Part shown: one piece after another, positions 8,076 through 17,411 of the stretch | Position numbering within the stretch: position 1 is the first letter of the stretch | How the letters are laid out: each line of letters starts with the position of its first letter | Assembly (NCBI RefSeq): GCF_000146505.1 | Contig: NC_017448.1 | Coordinates: 2,460,001-2,492,000 of the forward strand | Reading direction: 5' to 3' | Origin: Fibrobacter succinogenes subsp. succinogenes S85 | GTDB taxonomy: Bacteria > Fibrobacterota > Fibrobacteria > Fibrobacterales > Fibrobacteraceae | DNA: 32,000 nt | The notes under the pieces: model-generated | Database searches by the model: none | Seen by the model: only the letters and a program-made list of their open reading frames with translations | Told to the model about the DNA's origin: nothing | Translations under genes and position numbers: made by a program

Positions 8076-9944
8076 ATGGAACTGAAAGACGTTAAGTCGC
8101 CTCAGGACTTGAAGCACTGTTCCGTCGAGGAACTGAACCACCTCGCAACGCAGATCCGCGAGACCATCATTGGTCAAGTGGCGAAGCATGGTGGTCACTT
8201 GGCATCGAGCCTTGGCGTTGTTGAACTGACTCTTGCGCTGCATTACGTGTTCAACGCACCCGACGATAAGATCGTGTGGGACGTGGGACACCAGGCATAC
8301 GTGCATAAGTTATTGACCGGCCGCTATGACCGATTCGATACCTTGCGCCAGCAGGGAGGCATTTCCGGATTCCTCAAGAGGAACGAAAGCGTTTACGACT
8401 GCTTCGGGGCGGGCCACGCCACGACGTCTATTTCTGCGGCTCTCGGCTTTGCCGTTGCGCGCGACCATTTCAACCGCAACAATAACGTGGTCGCTGTCAT
8501 TGGAGATGGCTCCATGACGGGCGGTATGGCTTACGAGGCGATCAATAACGTTGGTGCCTCCAAGCAGAACATGACCATCATCTTGAACGATAACAAGATG
8601 AGTATCGCCCCAAACATTGGCGGCTTTAGCAAGTACCTGAACCGCGTGATTTCGGACCCGGTTTACAACAAGATGCGTACCGACCTGGATCGCCTGATGA
8701 ACCGTTTGCCGGGCATTCTGGGTTCTCGCTTCCGTGACCTCTTCTTGCAGGTCGAGAACGCGGCGAAGAACGCCGTGAAGCCAGGTCGCTTCTTTGAAGA
8801 CTTGGGCATCCGCTACTTTGGTCCGATTGATGGTCATGACATCGATGAACTCGTGATGATTCTTGAACGCGTCAAGCAGCAGCAGGGCCCGTGCCTTGTG
8901 CATGTGTTGACCGAAAAGGGCCGCGGTTTTGACGCTGCCGAAAAGAATCCGACAAAGTATCACGGTTGCGGTGCGTTCGACCCTGAAAGTGGGCTCCCGC
9001 TTGCTCCGGGCAATCCGAACCCGTCTCTTACGAGCGTGTTTGGCAATACGCTTTTGCAGCTTGCCCGTAAGGACAAGCGCATCATGGGTATCACGGCTGC
9101 AATGCCTACGGGCTGCGGCATGGATATCGTCGCAAAGGAACTCCCGGACCGCGTGATTGACGTGGGCATTGCCGAAGAGCATGCCGTGACGTTTGCGGCG
9201 GGCATGGCTTGCGATGGCGTTGTGCCTGTGGTCGCGATTTACTCGTCGTTCATGCAGCGCGCCTACGATCAGATTATCCACGACATTGCACTCCAGAACT
9301 TGCATGTGGTGCTTGTGCTCGACCGTGCCGGCCTTGTCGGTGCTGACGGTCCGACGCATCATGGCGCCTTTGACTTGTCGTTCTTGCGGACTGTTCCCGG
9401 AATGACCATTTTGGCACCCTCCAACGAAAATGAACTGCGCGACATGTTGACTGCCGCCATCGATATGGAAGGTGTCGTGGCTATCCGCTACCCGAGAGGC
9501 ACTGCACTTGCTGCAGAGCTTGTCCCCTCGGAAGGACCGTTCGACTATAAAAGCCCAAAGATTCTTGAGAAGGGCTCCGGCATACTCCTTCTGGGCGCCG
9601 GCTTCATGACAAATGAACTCAAGAAAACAGCCGCCGTGCTTCGTGAAAACGGATACAACCCGACGCTTGTGGATGCCCGTTTTATTAAGCCGCTCGACCA
9701 GGAATGCTACCGTTCGCTGTTTGACAGCCACAATGTCATTGTGACGCTCGAAGACAATACGAAGGTGGGTGGCTATGGTTCAGCCATTGCGGAACTTTTG
9801 TCCGATCTCGGCTATACGGACAAGAAGCTGTACCGGTTTGGTCTTCCGGACAGATTCGTTGAACAGGGAGAAATCAAGGCTCTCTACAAGATCTTAGAAA
9901 TTGACGGGGAATCCGTCGCCAAACAGTTGATGGAAAAACTATGA
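8076..9944 (+). CDS. dxs: 1-deoxy-D-xylulose-5-phosphate synthase
   Basis: At 622 aa it has typical Dxs blocks (GHLASSLGVVELTLALHYVF, DVGHQAYVHKLLTGR, GDGSMTGGMAYEA, IAEEHAVTFAAGMA). It follows ispA directly, which is the classic ispA-dxs order. Confidence 0.95.
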   Translation: MELKDVKSPQDLKHCSVEELNHLATQIRETIIGQVAKHGGHLASSLGVVELTLALHYVFNAPDDKIVWDVGHQAYVHKLLTGRYDRFDTLRQQGGISGFLKRNESVYDCFGAGHATTSISAALGFAVARDHFNRNNNVVAVIGDGSMTGGMAYEAINNVGASKQNMTIILNDNKMSIAPNIGGFSKYLNRVISDPVYNKMRTDLDRLMNRLPGILGSRFRDLFLQVENAAKNAVKPGRFFEDLGIRYFGPIDGHDIDELVMILERVKQQQGPCLVHVLTEKGRGFDAAEKNPTKYHGCGAFDPESGLPLAPGNPNPSLTSVFGNTLLQLARKDKRIMGITAAMPTGCGMDIVAKELPDRVIDVGIAEEHAVTFAAGMACDGVVPVVAIYSSFMQRAYDQIIHDIALQNLHVVLVLDRAGLVGADGPTHHGAFDLSFLRTVPGMTILAPSNENELRDMLTAAIDMEGVVAIRYPRGTALAAELVPSEGPFDYKSPKILEKGSGILLLGAGFMTNELKKTAAVLRENGYNPTLVDARFIKPLDQECYRSLFDSHNVIVTLEDNTKVGGYGSAIAELLSDLGYTDKKLYRFGLPDRFVEQGEIKALYKILEIDGESVAKQLMEKL

Positions 9945-11188
9945 GTGAAGAAGAAAACAAACCGAAGCGTACTGTAAGAATCACGCTTGACCGTAAATTC
10001 GGAGTCAGTGAAGCTCCTGAACGCCGCCCTCGCCGTAACGACGACGAACGCGGTTCCTTTGGCGACAAGCCCTCGTTCCGTGGGGATCGTGGCGACCGTC
10101 GTTTTGACCGCGACCGCGGCGACCGCCGCTTTGATCGTGGTGAACGCCGTTTCGACCGCGACAACCGCGATGAAAACCGCGAAGGCCGTCCGTTCAACCG
10201 TGAAGAACGCCGTGGTGGTGGCCGCTTTGACCGTGACCGTCGTCCGCGCCGCTTTGGCGACAAGCCGTTTAACCGCGGACCGCGCGGTGCCATGAACGCC
10301 CCGGTCTACCGTCAGCGTCCGGAACAGAAGGAAGCTATTGACGAGAACTTGGACGAAGCCGCACTCGAAGCACGTGCCGCTCAGATTGAAGCCGTTGAAG
10401 ATGCAGGCTCTACACCGCCGTGGTTCAAGCGCCTCATCGCCTGCACGACTGAAAAGGGTCGCGAACGCGAAGGCAAGTTCCTTGGCGAAGGCGTTCACGT
10501 TGTCGAAGAACTCGTGAAGCACCACCGCGAACTCGTGATTTCTGTTTACGTTGTCGAAGGCTTTGAAAACGAAGAACTCATCGAAGCCATTAACGAAGCC
10601 GAAATTACGCTTCACACTCTTACCGAAGACCAGATGAAGCGCCTCTCTTCGACGATGACGACGCAGGGCATCATCGCTTACTGCAACATCGCAAGCAAGA
10701 AGCCGGTCTACGAAACAAGCCGCAGTGTGCTTACGCTTGTGGACGCCGTGCAGGATCCGGGTAACCTCGGTACGCTCTTCCGCACGAGCCTCGGTTTCAA
10801 TTCTTCGGGCATGATTCTCGGTCGTGGTACTGTGAGCCCGTTCAATCCGAAGGTTGTTCGCGGTTCCTCGGGTACGTTCCTCCGCGTTCCGTTTGAATTC
10901 GACGTGGATCTCGTGGACCAGATCAACTTCCTCCGTAGCAAGGGCTATACCATCATCGCTACGGATTTGCACGCTAAGCAGTCCCTCCGCGAAATCCCGG
11001 CTCACAAGCTCCGCAAGATGGCTTTCCTCGTGGGTAACGAAGGTGCTGGCACGAACCCGTACTTCATCGAACTTGCCGACGAAACGGTGAAGATCCCGAT
11101 GAGCAGTGAACTTGAATCTCTGAATGTGGCAGTCGCACACGGCATTCTCTCTTACGAAGCCGCCCAGATTCAGGAGGAATTGAAGTAA
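9941..11188 (+). CDS. SpoU/TrmH-family RNA 2'-O-methyltransferase with Arg/Asp-rich N-terminal extension
   Basis: ATGA overlap with dxs. The SpoU motifs present are DAVQDPGNLGTLFRTS, FLVGNEGAGT and IPMSSELESLNVAVAHGILSYE. The first roughly 110 aa are low-complexity R/D/G/F repeats. Confidence 0.85.
   Translation: MSEEENKPKRTVRITLDRKFGVSEAPERRPRRNDDERGSFGDKPSFRGDRGDRRFDRDRGDRRFDRGERRFDRDNRDENREGRPFNREERRGGGRFDRDRRPRRFGDKPFNRGPRGAMNAPVYRQRPEQKEAIDENLDEAALEARAAQIEAVEDAGSTPPWFKRLIACTTEKGREREGKFLGEGVHVVEELVKHHRELVISVYVVEGFENEELIEAINEAEITLHTLTEDQMKRLSSTMTTQGIIAYCNIASKKPVYETSRSVLTLVDAVQDPGNLGTLFRTSLGFNSSGMILGRGTVSPFNPKVVRGSSGTFLRVPFEFDVDLVDQINFLRSKGYTIIATDLHAKQSLREIPAHKLRKMAFLVGNEGAGTNPYFIELADETVKIPMSSELESLNVAVAHGILSYEAAQIQEELK
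10058..10290 (+). repeat. in-frame degenerate tandem repeats encoding (G)DRRFDRDR units
   Basis: The block is bounded by an exact 14-mer direct repeat, tttggcgacaagcc, at 10058-10071 and 10253-10266. The interior reiterates gaccgc/cgcttt units. It generates spurious ORFs in other frames. Confidence 0.6.
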
Positions 11189-12075
11189 TGACGTGCTTTT
11201 ACGATCGCCTTGAACAGCGTATTGCAAAGTGCGGCAACCCGGTGTGCATGGGCATGGACCCTGTGCTCAAGCTTATTCCGCTCGAAGGCACTCCCGAAGA
11301 CCGCATCAAGCGCTTCTATTCCGACATCTTGGAATGCTGCCTCAAGCGTAACGTGCAGCCCGCCGTCGTAAAGCCGAACAGCGCTTATTACGAATGCGTG
11401 AGCGTGCAGTCGATGCTTGTTCTGCAGCAGCTCATTGCCGATTACAGAAGTGCTGGCATCCCGGTTATCTTGGATGCAAAGCGCGGTGACATTGGCAAGT
11501 CCAGTGCCGCCTACGCCAACGCCGCTTACGATGTTTACCGTGCAGACGCCGTGACTGTCTCTCCGTGGATGGGTGCCGATTCCGTCGGTCCGTTCATTCG
11601 CGAAGATAGCGAAAACGGTGCCTACGTGCTCCTCCGCACAAGCAACAAGGGTGCTCACGATTTCCAGGATTTGCCTGTTACTCGCAGTGACGATCCGCGC
11701 GACGTTGCCGAAGCGTTCTATTCCGTAGCGGACAAGATTATGGAATGGGATGCTGACAAGGGATACCTTGGTGCCGTTGTCGGTGCAACCCACCCGGAAG
11801 AACTTGAGAAGATTACGGCTTACACCGTTGCTCACAAACACGAAATCCCGTTCCTCATTCCGGGCGTGTCCATTCCGGGCGTGCCGGGCGGTCAGGGCGG
11901 CGATGCCAAGACTGTTCTCAAGGCTATCCAAAACGGTGGCGGCAAGCGCAAGTTCCATGTGCTCAACTCGAGCAGTGGTCTTAACTTTGCTTGGCAGCGT
12001 AACGATACGCCGGCAAACTACGCGAACGATTGCGTCGATGCACTCGAAAAACTCGCAGAGGCTTGTTTAATTTAG
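11188..12075 (+). CDS. pyrF: orotidine-5'-phosphate decarboxylase, type 2
   Basis: TAATG overlap with the methyltransferase gene. Motifs present are VKPNSAYYE and ILDAKRGDIG (DAK at 11473-11481). The length fits long-form PyrF. Confidence 0.85.
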   Translation: MTCFYDRLEQRIAKCGNPVCMGMDPVLKLIPLEGTPEDRIKRFYSDILECCLKRNVQPAVVKPNSAYYECVSVQSMLVLQQLIADYRSAGIPVILDAKRGDIGKSSAAYANAAYDVYRADAVTVSPWMGADSVGPFIREDSENGAYVLLRTSNKGAHDFQDLPVTRSDDPRDVAEAFYSVADKIMEWDADKGYLGAVVGATHPEELEKITAYTVAHKHEIPFLIPGVSIPGVPGGQGGDAKTVLKAIQNGGGKRKFHVLNSSSGLNFAWQRNDTPANYANDCVDALEKLAEACLI

Positions 12076-12151
12076 AACTTAGAACTTAGCTCGCTTCGCT
12101 CTTAGAACTTAGTTTTCTAAGATCTAAGTTCTGCCAACTGCCAACTAACAA
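12073..12151. repeat. inverted plus direct heptamer array (AACTTAG x3, then CTAAGAT/CTAAGTT/CTGCCAA/CTGCCAA/CTAACAA)
   Basis: It starts on the pyrF stop codon and ends on the A of the next ATG. The segment agaacttag (12104-12112) can pair with ctaagttct (12124-12132). It shares an exact 16-mer with 1699-1714. Confidence 0.8.
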
Positions 12152-12990
12152 TGCGTTTCCTTGCTGCTATTATAACTGCTATTGCCATCATCGCGCTTGC
12201 GTTCCATTACGCAAAGCCGTTGCCTGGCACGAACTTTGACGAATCCTTCTTGCCGAAGGCTTCGTCTGTTCGCTATGTAGCTGCAGGGCATGACGCCTCG
12301 GTAGCGGGGCTCTTCTGGATCAAGGGCCTCACCGAACTCGGTGAAAGCTACCTCACCGGCAAGGAATATGCGTATCTCGGTCATGTCGCTGAACTCTCGA
12401 CGAGCCTGGATTCGCTATTCTACACGCCGTATTATTTTGTCGGTGGCGTGACGCCCGTAGATGCTCCCGATACTTCGGACTTCTCGGTACTCCGCCGTGC
12501 GACTCGTGTTTATCCTGAAAACTGGCGCCTTTCGCTTTACTTTGCACTCCGCCTTGCTCGTGGCCCGTACCCCAACAAGACTGAAGCCGCCAACGTGATG
12601 CGCAAGTATTTCGATAGCCCGGATACAACGATTCCTGATCACATCCGCACGATTTATCGCAGTTTTGAACTTGACTCTATGCAGACCGAGACTGCGCTTG
12701 AAACCATCCTGAACGACGTGATGCAACCGCGTTTCAAGAAGTTCCGTGCAAGCTTTTATGTGAAGATCCTCAAGCTCCTCGGTTATAAGGGTTTGATTGC
12801 CGACTACGACAAGGACGACAATTATCAGAAAGTCAAGTTCCTTGTCGATGGCATGGCCGAAGGCCGCATCCCGCCGGTTGTTGCTTACAACCGCCTCCTT
12901 GCCATGAAAAAAGTCGAAGAACCCGCCGCCAATTCTACTGCCGCTGATACGGCTAAAGTAAGTGTCGCGGATTCTTTAGAAAAGAAGTAA
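12151..12990 (+). CDS. membrane-anchored hypothetical protein
   Basis: It has an N-terminal TM helix (MRFLAAIITAIAIIALAFHYA) and coherent coding-like composition. No family was recognised. Confidence 0.55.
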   Translation: MRFLAAIITAIAIIALAFHYAKPLPGTNFDESFLPKASSVRYVAAGHDASVAGLFWIKGLTELGESYLTGKEYAYLGHVAELSTSLDSLFYTPYYFVGGVTPVDAPDTSDFSVLRRATRVYPENWRLSLYFALRLARGPYPNKTEAANVMRKYFDSPDTTIPDHIRTIYRSFELDSMQTETALETILNDVMQPRFKKFRASFYVKILKLLGYKGLIADYDKDDNYQKVKFLVDGMAEGRIPPVVAYNRLLAMKKVEEPAANSTAADTAKVSVADSLEKK

Positions 12991-13006
12991 TCTTTAATTG
13001 AATTGT

Positions 13007-13783
13007 CTATTTTCCGCAGCGTGCGGAATTCTTCTCAAGTCCCATCAGTTCGAAGGCTGTTTTGCAACGATTGAACAGCTTGCTTGCTTCGGACGGGTTA
13101 GATTTGCTCAGGAACTTTCCTCGGTAATAAAGGATGTTCGCGGTCGTGTAGGGCGTGTTGGCTTCAACGGATTTTGCCTCGGCCTTGCGGTAAATGGCGT
13201 CGGCATCGCCAGACTTTTGTATGTCTGTTAAGCGGGCGTCCGTCCAGTAGTAAATTCCCGTATCGTCGTCGGTGCGCTTGCCGACCATCTTGAGGGCCTG
13301 TTTGGCTTTCTCGTCGTTGTGGGCGCCTGCGTATGCGATGGCACATTCCGAATAGAAGGCGCCTTGCAGGTTGTCGTTGATTCCGTCGAGGTCGTCTTCC
13401 TTGACGTTTTCGCAAAGCGATACAGCGTCCGAGTATTTTTCGGTCGCATTTTTCAAAGCCATTTTTGCCTTGACGAGCATGATTCTCGTCGAGCGGTCCA
13501 TGCCTTCGTTCTGGACGTAATTCAGGAGCGAGTCGGCCATGCTGTAGTCCAGACTCATTGTGCGGACTTGTCCCATGGCGATGATAATGCGGCCTTCAGA
13601 ACGTCTGTCTGCTTCTTTGCGGCTAGCAATAAGAGCACGCTCGAGTTGCGAATAGCCCTTGGCAAAATTCCCTGCCTTGATGGACTTCTGCGCACGTCCG
13701 GCAAGCTTCCCGGATTCCGTGGCGAAAGCAGCGGCTCCGCTAAGCGCTACGCAAAGGGCGATTTTCAAAGCCTTCGTTACCAT
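13007..13783 (-). CDS. secreted helical-repeat (TPR-like) protein
   Basis: It has a signal peptide (MVTKALKIALCVALSGAAAFA) and a repeated A/Y/G helical-pair pattern. Its start overlaps the upstream MCE gene by 7 nt. Confidence 0.6.
   Translation of the reverse strand: MVTKALKIALCVALSGAAAFATESGKLAGRAQKSIKAGNFAKGYSQLERALIASRKEADRRSEGRIIIAMGQVRTMSLDYSMADSLLNYVQNEGMDRSTRIMLVKAKMALKNATEKYSDAVSLCENVKEDDLDGINDNLQGAFYSECAIAYAGAHNDEKAKQALKMVGKRTDDDTGIYYWTDARLTDIQKSGDADAIYRKAEAKSVEANTPYTTANILYYRGKFLSKSNPSEASKLFNRCKTAFELMGLEKNSARCGK
13012..13028. terminator. hairpin at a convergent gene junction (possible terminator)
   Basis: The stem is ttccgca / tgcggaa with loop gcg, followed on the plus strand by ttcttctc. 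It lies inside the last codons of the minus-strand gene, so the call is weak. Confidence 0.35.
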
Positions 13784-14787
13784 AGCGTCTCCACGACAAA
13801 GGGTACAGAATCATGCCTAGGAACATTGCCTTTCAAAAGCCACATCTTGGACATGCCGGTCATTAAGTCGTCTGCACTCTGCAACGTGTTTTCCGTTGTG
13901 TTCATGAAGTCTTGCAAGCCGGTCGTGACTGCACCGAAGTCCGTGACGAGGTTGTCCACACGACCCACGGTAGAATCCATGGAATTCAAAAGCGTAGTGA
14001 CCTGGCCCGGTAGCGGCTTGAAGTCGTCAAGCAAATTGCCTACGTTGTTTGTGACTTCGTTTGCGCGGCTAATGAGCGTCGGAACGCCGGTCTTCATCGT
14101 ATCGAGCAAGAAGGAAGTCTTTTTCAGCACGTTCTTGCCGAGGAGAGTGATTTCGTCAAGTCGGTAAAGCTGACGGTTTAGGTTGTCGTAAAGAGCGCGA
14201 GACCCGAACAAAGCACCCATGGTTGTGCCTGTATCAAGTGCCATGGCCACAAGTTCATCTGCGGCGTCCACAAGGCGGTTCACGCGGCCCAAAAGTTCGT
14301 TTGCCGTTTCAATGACCGTTTCGATATCTTGAGCCTTGCCTGCCGATAAGGTTCCGTTGTCTTCGAGTACGTGGCCTTTATTTTTCTTAATGTCGATATT
14401 GATGACACGGGCCGAAATCAGGTTCTGGTCGCGGATGGCGTAAGCTTTTGCACTGTCGGTAATGAGATTTTGGTATTTCTTCTCGATGGAGAATTCCATG
14501 AGAACGCTATCGGATATGGCTCCCGTTTCATCTTTCTTGATGGACACGTTGGTTACACGACCGACATCGACACCGCTAATTTGTACACTCGTTCCCTTTT
14601 TTAGGCCAAGCGCCTTGTCGAATGTACTGTAAAGCTTGTACTCGTCCTTGATGACACCGACGTTCTTGTCGTAAAGGTAGTGGTAAAGCACCAACGAAAA
14701 AATCATGACGGCAACAGTGCTGATGACGCCGACCAAAAGGCCGGACATCTCCATCCAGTTAACCTGTTTTATCTTTTGAAATGCCAT
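13777..14787 (-). CDS. MlaD/MCE-family membrane protein
   Basis: An N-terminal TM helix is followed by an MCE-type beta-barrel block (LGLKKGTSVQISGVDVGRVTNVSI). The C-terminus is long and helical. Confidence 0.75.
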   Translation of the reverse strand: MAFQKIKQVNWMEMSGLLVGVISTVAVMIFSLVLYHYLYDKNVGVIKDEYKLYSTFDKALGLKKGTSVQISGVDVGRVTNVSIKKDETGAISDSVLMEFSIEKKYQNLITDSAKAYAIRDQNLISARVINIDIKKNKGHVLEDNGTLSAGKAQDIETVIETANELLGRVNRLVDAADELVAMALDTGTTMGALFGSRALYDNLNRQLYRLDEITLLGKNVLKKTSFLLDTMKTGVPTLISRANEVTNNVGNLLDDFKPLPGQVTTLLNSMDSTVGRVDNLVTDFGAVTTGLQDFMNTTENTLQSADDLMTGMSKMWLLKGNVPRHDSVPFVVETLW

Positions 14788-14853
14788 TGCTTTCGTGAAA
14801 TATAAATAGATTATATTGTCAAATTGAAATTAATTGATTTTTTTCGAGGAAAT

Positions 14854-16119
14854 ATGGATTTTTTTGAATTTTTGAATACTGCCGTGACGCCGTACCATAC
14901 TGTAGACGCTTTGAAGTCGTTTTTTAAGGCTAATTCTTTTACGGAAATTGGGCAGACTGCGAATTTCGAACCTGCAAAAGCCTATTTCGTGTGCCGCGAA
15001 GGTTCTGTCATTGCGTTCCGCACGCCGAAGGTGTGGGACGAATCGTCTCGATTTAGGATTGCGCTTGCGCATACGGACTTCCCGACGCTCAAGATTTCCC
15101 CGAATCCAGATGGAATGAATGCGGGCGTGTGTACGCTCCATACGGAGGTTTACGGTTCTCCGCTTTACACGAGCTGGCTTGATCGCGACCTTGGCTATGC
15201 GGGGATGCTTGCGTATGTAGATTCGGCGGACAAGTTGAATACGCTCAAGACGAAACTGTTCCGCGGTGATAAACTTTTCAGGATTCCGCAGTTGGCAGTC
15301 CACCTGAACCGTGGCGTGAACCAGGACGGTCTCAAGGTGAATCCGCAGGTTGATTTCAATGCGTTGTGGACGGGTGCTTCGGGCAGTAGTGTTTCTGAAA
15401 ACTGCAAGAACTTGTTTGTGAAGGCGCTTGAAAAGGAACTCCCGGAAGGCGCTCGATTGATTGATTTTGACGTGCAGTTATTTGATGCCCAGCCTGCAAA
15501 TCGCGGCGGCTTTAACGACGAATGGATTTATTCGGGAAGGCTCGACAATTTGAGCAGTTGCCATGCTATTGCCGAAGCGATGGTGTCTGCAACATCCGCT
15601 GAAAACGATTGCCTTGTTGCGTGTTTCTTTAACAATGAAGAAGTCGGTTCCAATACGCGCGAAGGAGCTGCCGGTAACTTCTTGAAAAGTGTATTGGATT
15701 CTTTAACTTCGCCTCTCTCGTCTCTCGCCTCTCGTCTCTCGTCTAGCATTGCTATATCCATCGACATGGCCCACGCCGAGCATCCGAACCACACGGAAAA
15801 GCACGAGCCGAATCACGCTCCACTGTTGGGCAAAGGCATTGTGCTCAAGACAAATGCGCAAAAGCGTTACGCAAGCGACTTGATGAGTTCTGCGCAACTC
15901 CGTTTGCTTTGTGAAAAAGCGGGAATCCCACTTCAAGTTTTCATTATGCGAAACGACATGCCTTGTGGCTCGACGGTCGGTCCGACTGTTTCTGCAAATC
16001 TCGGAATTCCAACGGTCGATATCGGCGAGCCCATGCTCAGCATGCACAGCATCCGCGAGATGATGGCCACAAGCGACCACGAAGACATGATTAAGCTTGT
16101 AGAAGCTTTGTATTGCTAG
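14854..16119 (+). CDS. apeB: M18-family (aspartyl) aminopeptidase
   Basis: M18 blocks present are TPYHTV, AHTDFPTLKISPN, SGRLDNLSSCHA, FFNNEEVGS, IDMAHAEHPNH and PMLSMHSIRE. ATG 14854 is preferred because a GAGGA sits 3 nt upstream. The track start TTG 14824 is less likely. Confidence 0.9.
   Translation: MDFFEFLNTAVTPYHTVDALKSFFKANSFTEIGQTANFEPAKAYFVCREGSVIAFRTPKVWDESSRFRIALAHTDFPTLKISPNPDGMNAGVCTLHTEVYGSPLYTSWLDRDLGYAGMLAYVDSADKLNTLKTKLFRGDKLFRIPQLAVHLNRGVNQDGLKVNPQVDFNALWTGASGSSVSENCKNLFVKALEKELPEGARLIDFDVQLFDAQPANRGGFNDEWIYSGRLDNLSSCHAIAEAMVSATSAENDCLVACFFNNEEVGSNTREGAAGNFLKSVLDSLTSPLSSLASRLSSSIAISIDMAHAEHPNHTEKHEPNHAPLLGKGIVLKTNAQKRYASDLMSSAQLRLLCEKAGIPLQVFIMRNDMPCGSTVGPTVSANLGIPTVDIGEPMLSMHSIREMMATSDHEDMIKLVEALYC
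15714..15744 (+). repeat. in-gene tandem heptamers TCTCTCG x4 (one variant CCTCTCG)
   Basis: Read directly from the sequence. It encodes LSSLASRLSS inside the aminopeptidase. The unit is the reverse complement (rotated) of the AGACGAG unit at 22709-22715. Confidence 0.8.
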
Positions 16120-16141
16120 TAGTCTTGCTTGCCGAAGCCTG

Positions 16142-17293
16142 TCATGCCCGTCTCTGAACGGGCATCTCCTTTTTAAAGAGCTTTGCTACGGGCTTTTCGA
16201 CAACGTATTTGAAGACAATCGCCACAACCAAAGTCAAACCAAATACGGCGAGGGCGTAAGGGATGTAATACGCGATGGCATTGAAAAAAGTCATTGCGGC
16301 TCCCGTTTTCCAGAAAATCGTGCTGCGCAAATTTCCCGTTTCAAGGATGACCATGAAATGGAAAAGGTAAATCGCGAATGTGCAGGAACCAACGTAATTG
16401 ATGATGCGTGCCACGATGCCCTTTGCTTTGATTAATGTACCAAGTGCGTACACGGCGATGAACATTCCCACAGTCGTTATAAAGCAAGGCGAACACTGGA
16501 GCCAACGGAATCTGTTGTTCGCATAATTCTCGCCGTATTCGGTGAACATGTAATATTGCAGGCTAAACTTGATGAAAAAGCCGAGTAGATAAATAACGAT
16601 GCCGATGGCAAAAAGCTTGCTCCGCTTGTTTTCAAATTTGCGGATGAACAGTGAAAGTTCGTATCCGAGAATAAGGAAAATCGTGCAATACCCCCAAAGG
16701 AATTTTTCGAAATCAATCATGCTCAACTTGAAAAAATATTGCACGTCGCCAATGACAGCAGCACCGATGGCAATTCCCAAAAGAGTCCGCCTTAATTTGT
16801 TCTTTTGCAGGCTGTCTTGGCAGACAAACGCTAGCATTGGGAAAAAGAAGATAAATGACATGTAAGTACAAATGTACCACAAATGGTCGCCGGGGAGTAA
16901 CCTGAAAATGAATCGTCCGAGATAATCCCAGTCGGCATTTAAAATGGAATTGAGTGGTGTTGGACTGTTGTAATAACGGTAAATGATGTTGATTAGGATA
17001 TAGACAATCGTGGGAATATAAACGCGGGAGAAAAATGATTTTGCCCTATGCGGAAAAGTCGGGATGATGTCTGCATCGGACTTGATTCTGCCAAAGAAAA
17101 AGAAACCGGTTACCAGTAAAAATAGCGGAACATCATCGGCGAGGATTGTCGAAATGGCGAGTCTCCCGCTAATCAGTTCATTGTTGTTTAAGATGCCGAT
17201 TTGGCTATGTGCCATAATCACTAGCAGGCACGCCACAATCCTTATGAGTTCTATAGAATGATTTTTACACGTTGTGCTCTTTATTTCGGGCAT
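16142..17293 (-). CDS. acyltransferase family 3 (membrane O-acyltransferase)
   Basis: The protein is polytopic (about 10 TM helices). It has the family-typical N-terminal block IELIRIVACLLVIMAHS. Confidence 0.8.
   Translation of the reverse strand: MPEIKSTTCKNHSIELIRIVACLLVIMAHSQIGILNNNELISGRLAISTILADDVPLFLLVTGFFFFGRIKSDADIIPTFPHRAKSFFSRVYIPTIVYILINIIYRYYNSPTPLNSILNADWDYLGRFIFRLLPGDHLWYICTYMSFIFFFPMLAFVCQDSLQKNKLRRTLLGIAIGAAVIGDVQYFFKLSMIDFEKFLWGYCTIFLILGYELSLFIRKFENKRSKLFAIGIVIYLLGFFIKFSLQYYMFTEYGENYANNRFRWLQCSPCFITTVGMFIAVYALGTLIKAKGIVARIINYVGSCTFAIYLFHFMVILETGNLRSTIFWKTGAAMTFFNAIAYYIPYALAVFGLTLVVAIVFKYVVEKPVAKLFKKEMPVQRRA
16144..16174 (+). terminator. Rho-independent terminator of the aminopeptidase gene
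   Basis: The stem is atgcccgt (16144-16151) paired with acgggcat (16158-16165), followed by ctcc and then TTTTT at 16170-16174. It is embedded in the 3' codons of the convergent acyltransferase gene. Confidence 0.6.
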
Positions 17294-17411
17294 AACAGTT
17301 CCTTCTCCGTTGTAAATCCTATCGTTTAAATTTATAAAATGGGAACAATGTAAATGGCAATGTGCTAAAAGATTTCTATAATTTCTAAATCAATTTACGC
17401 AAAAGAATATT

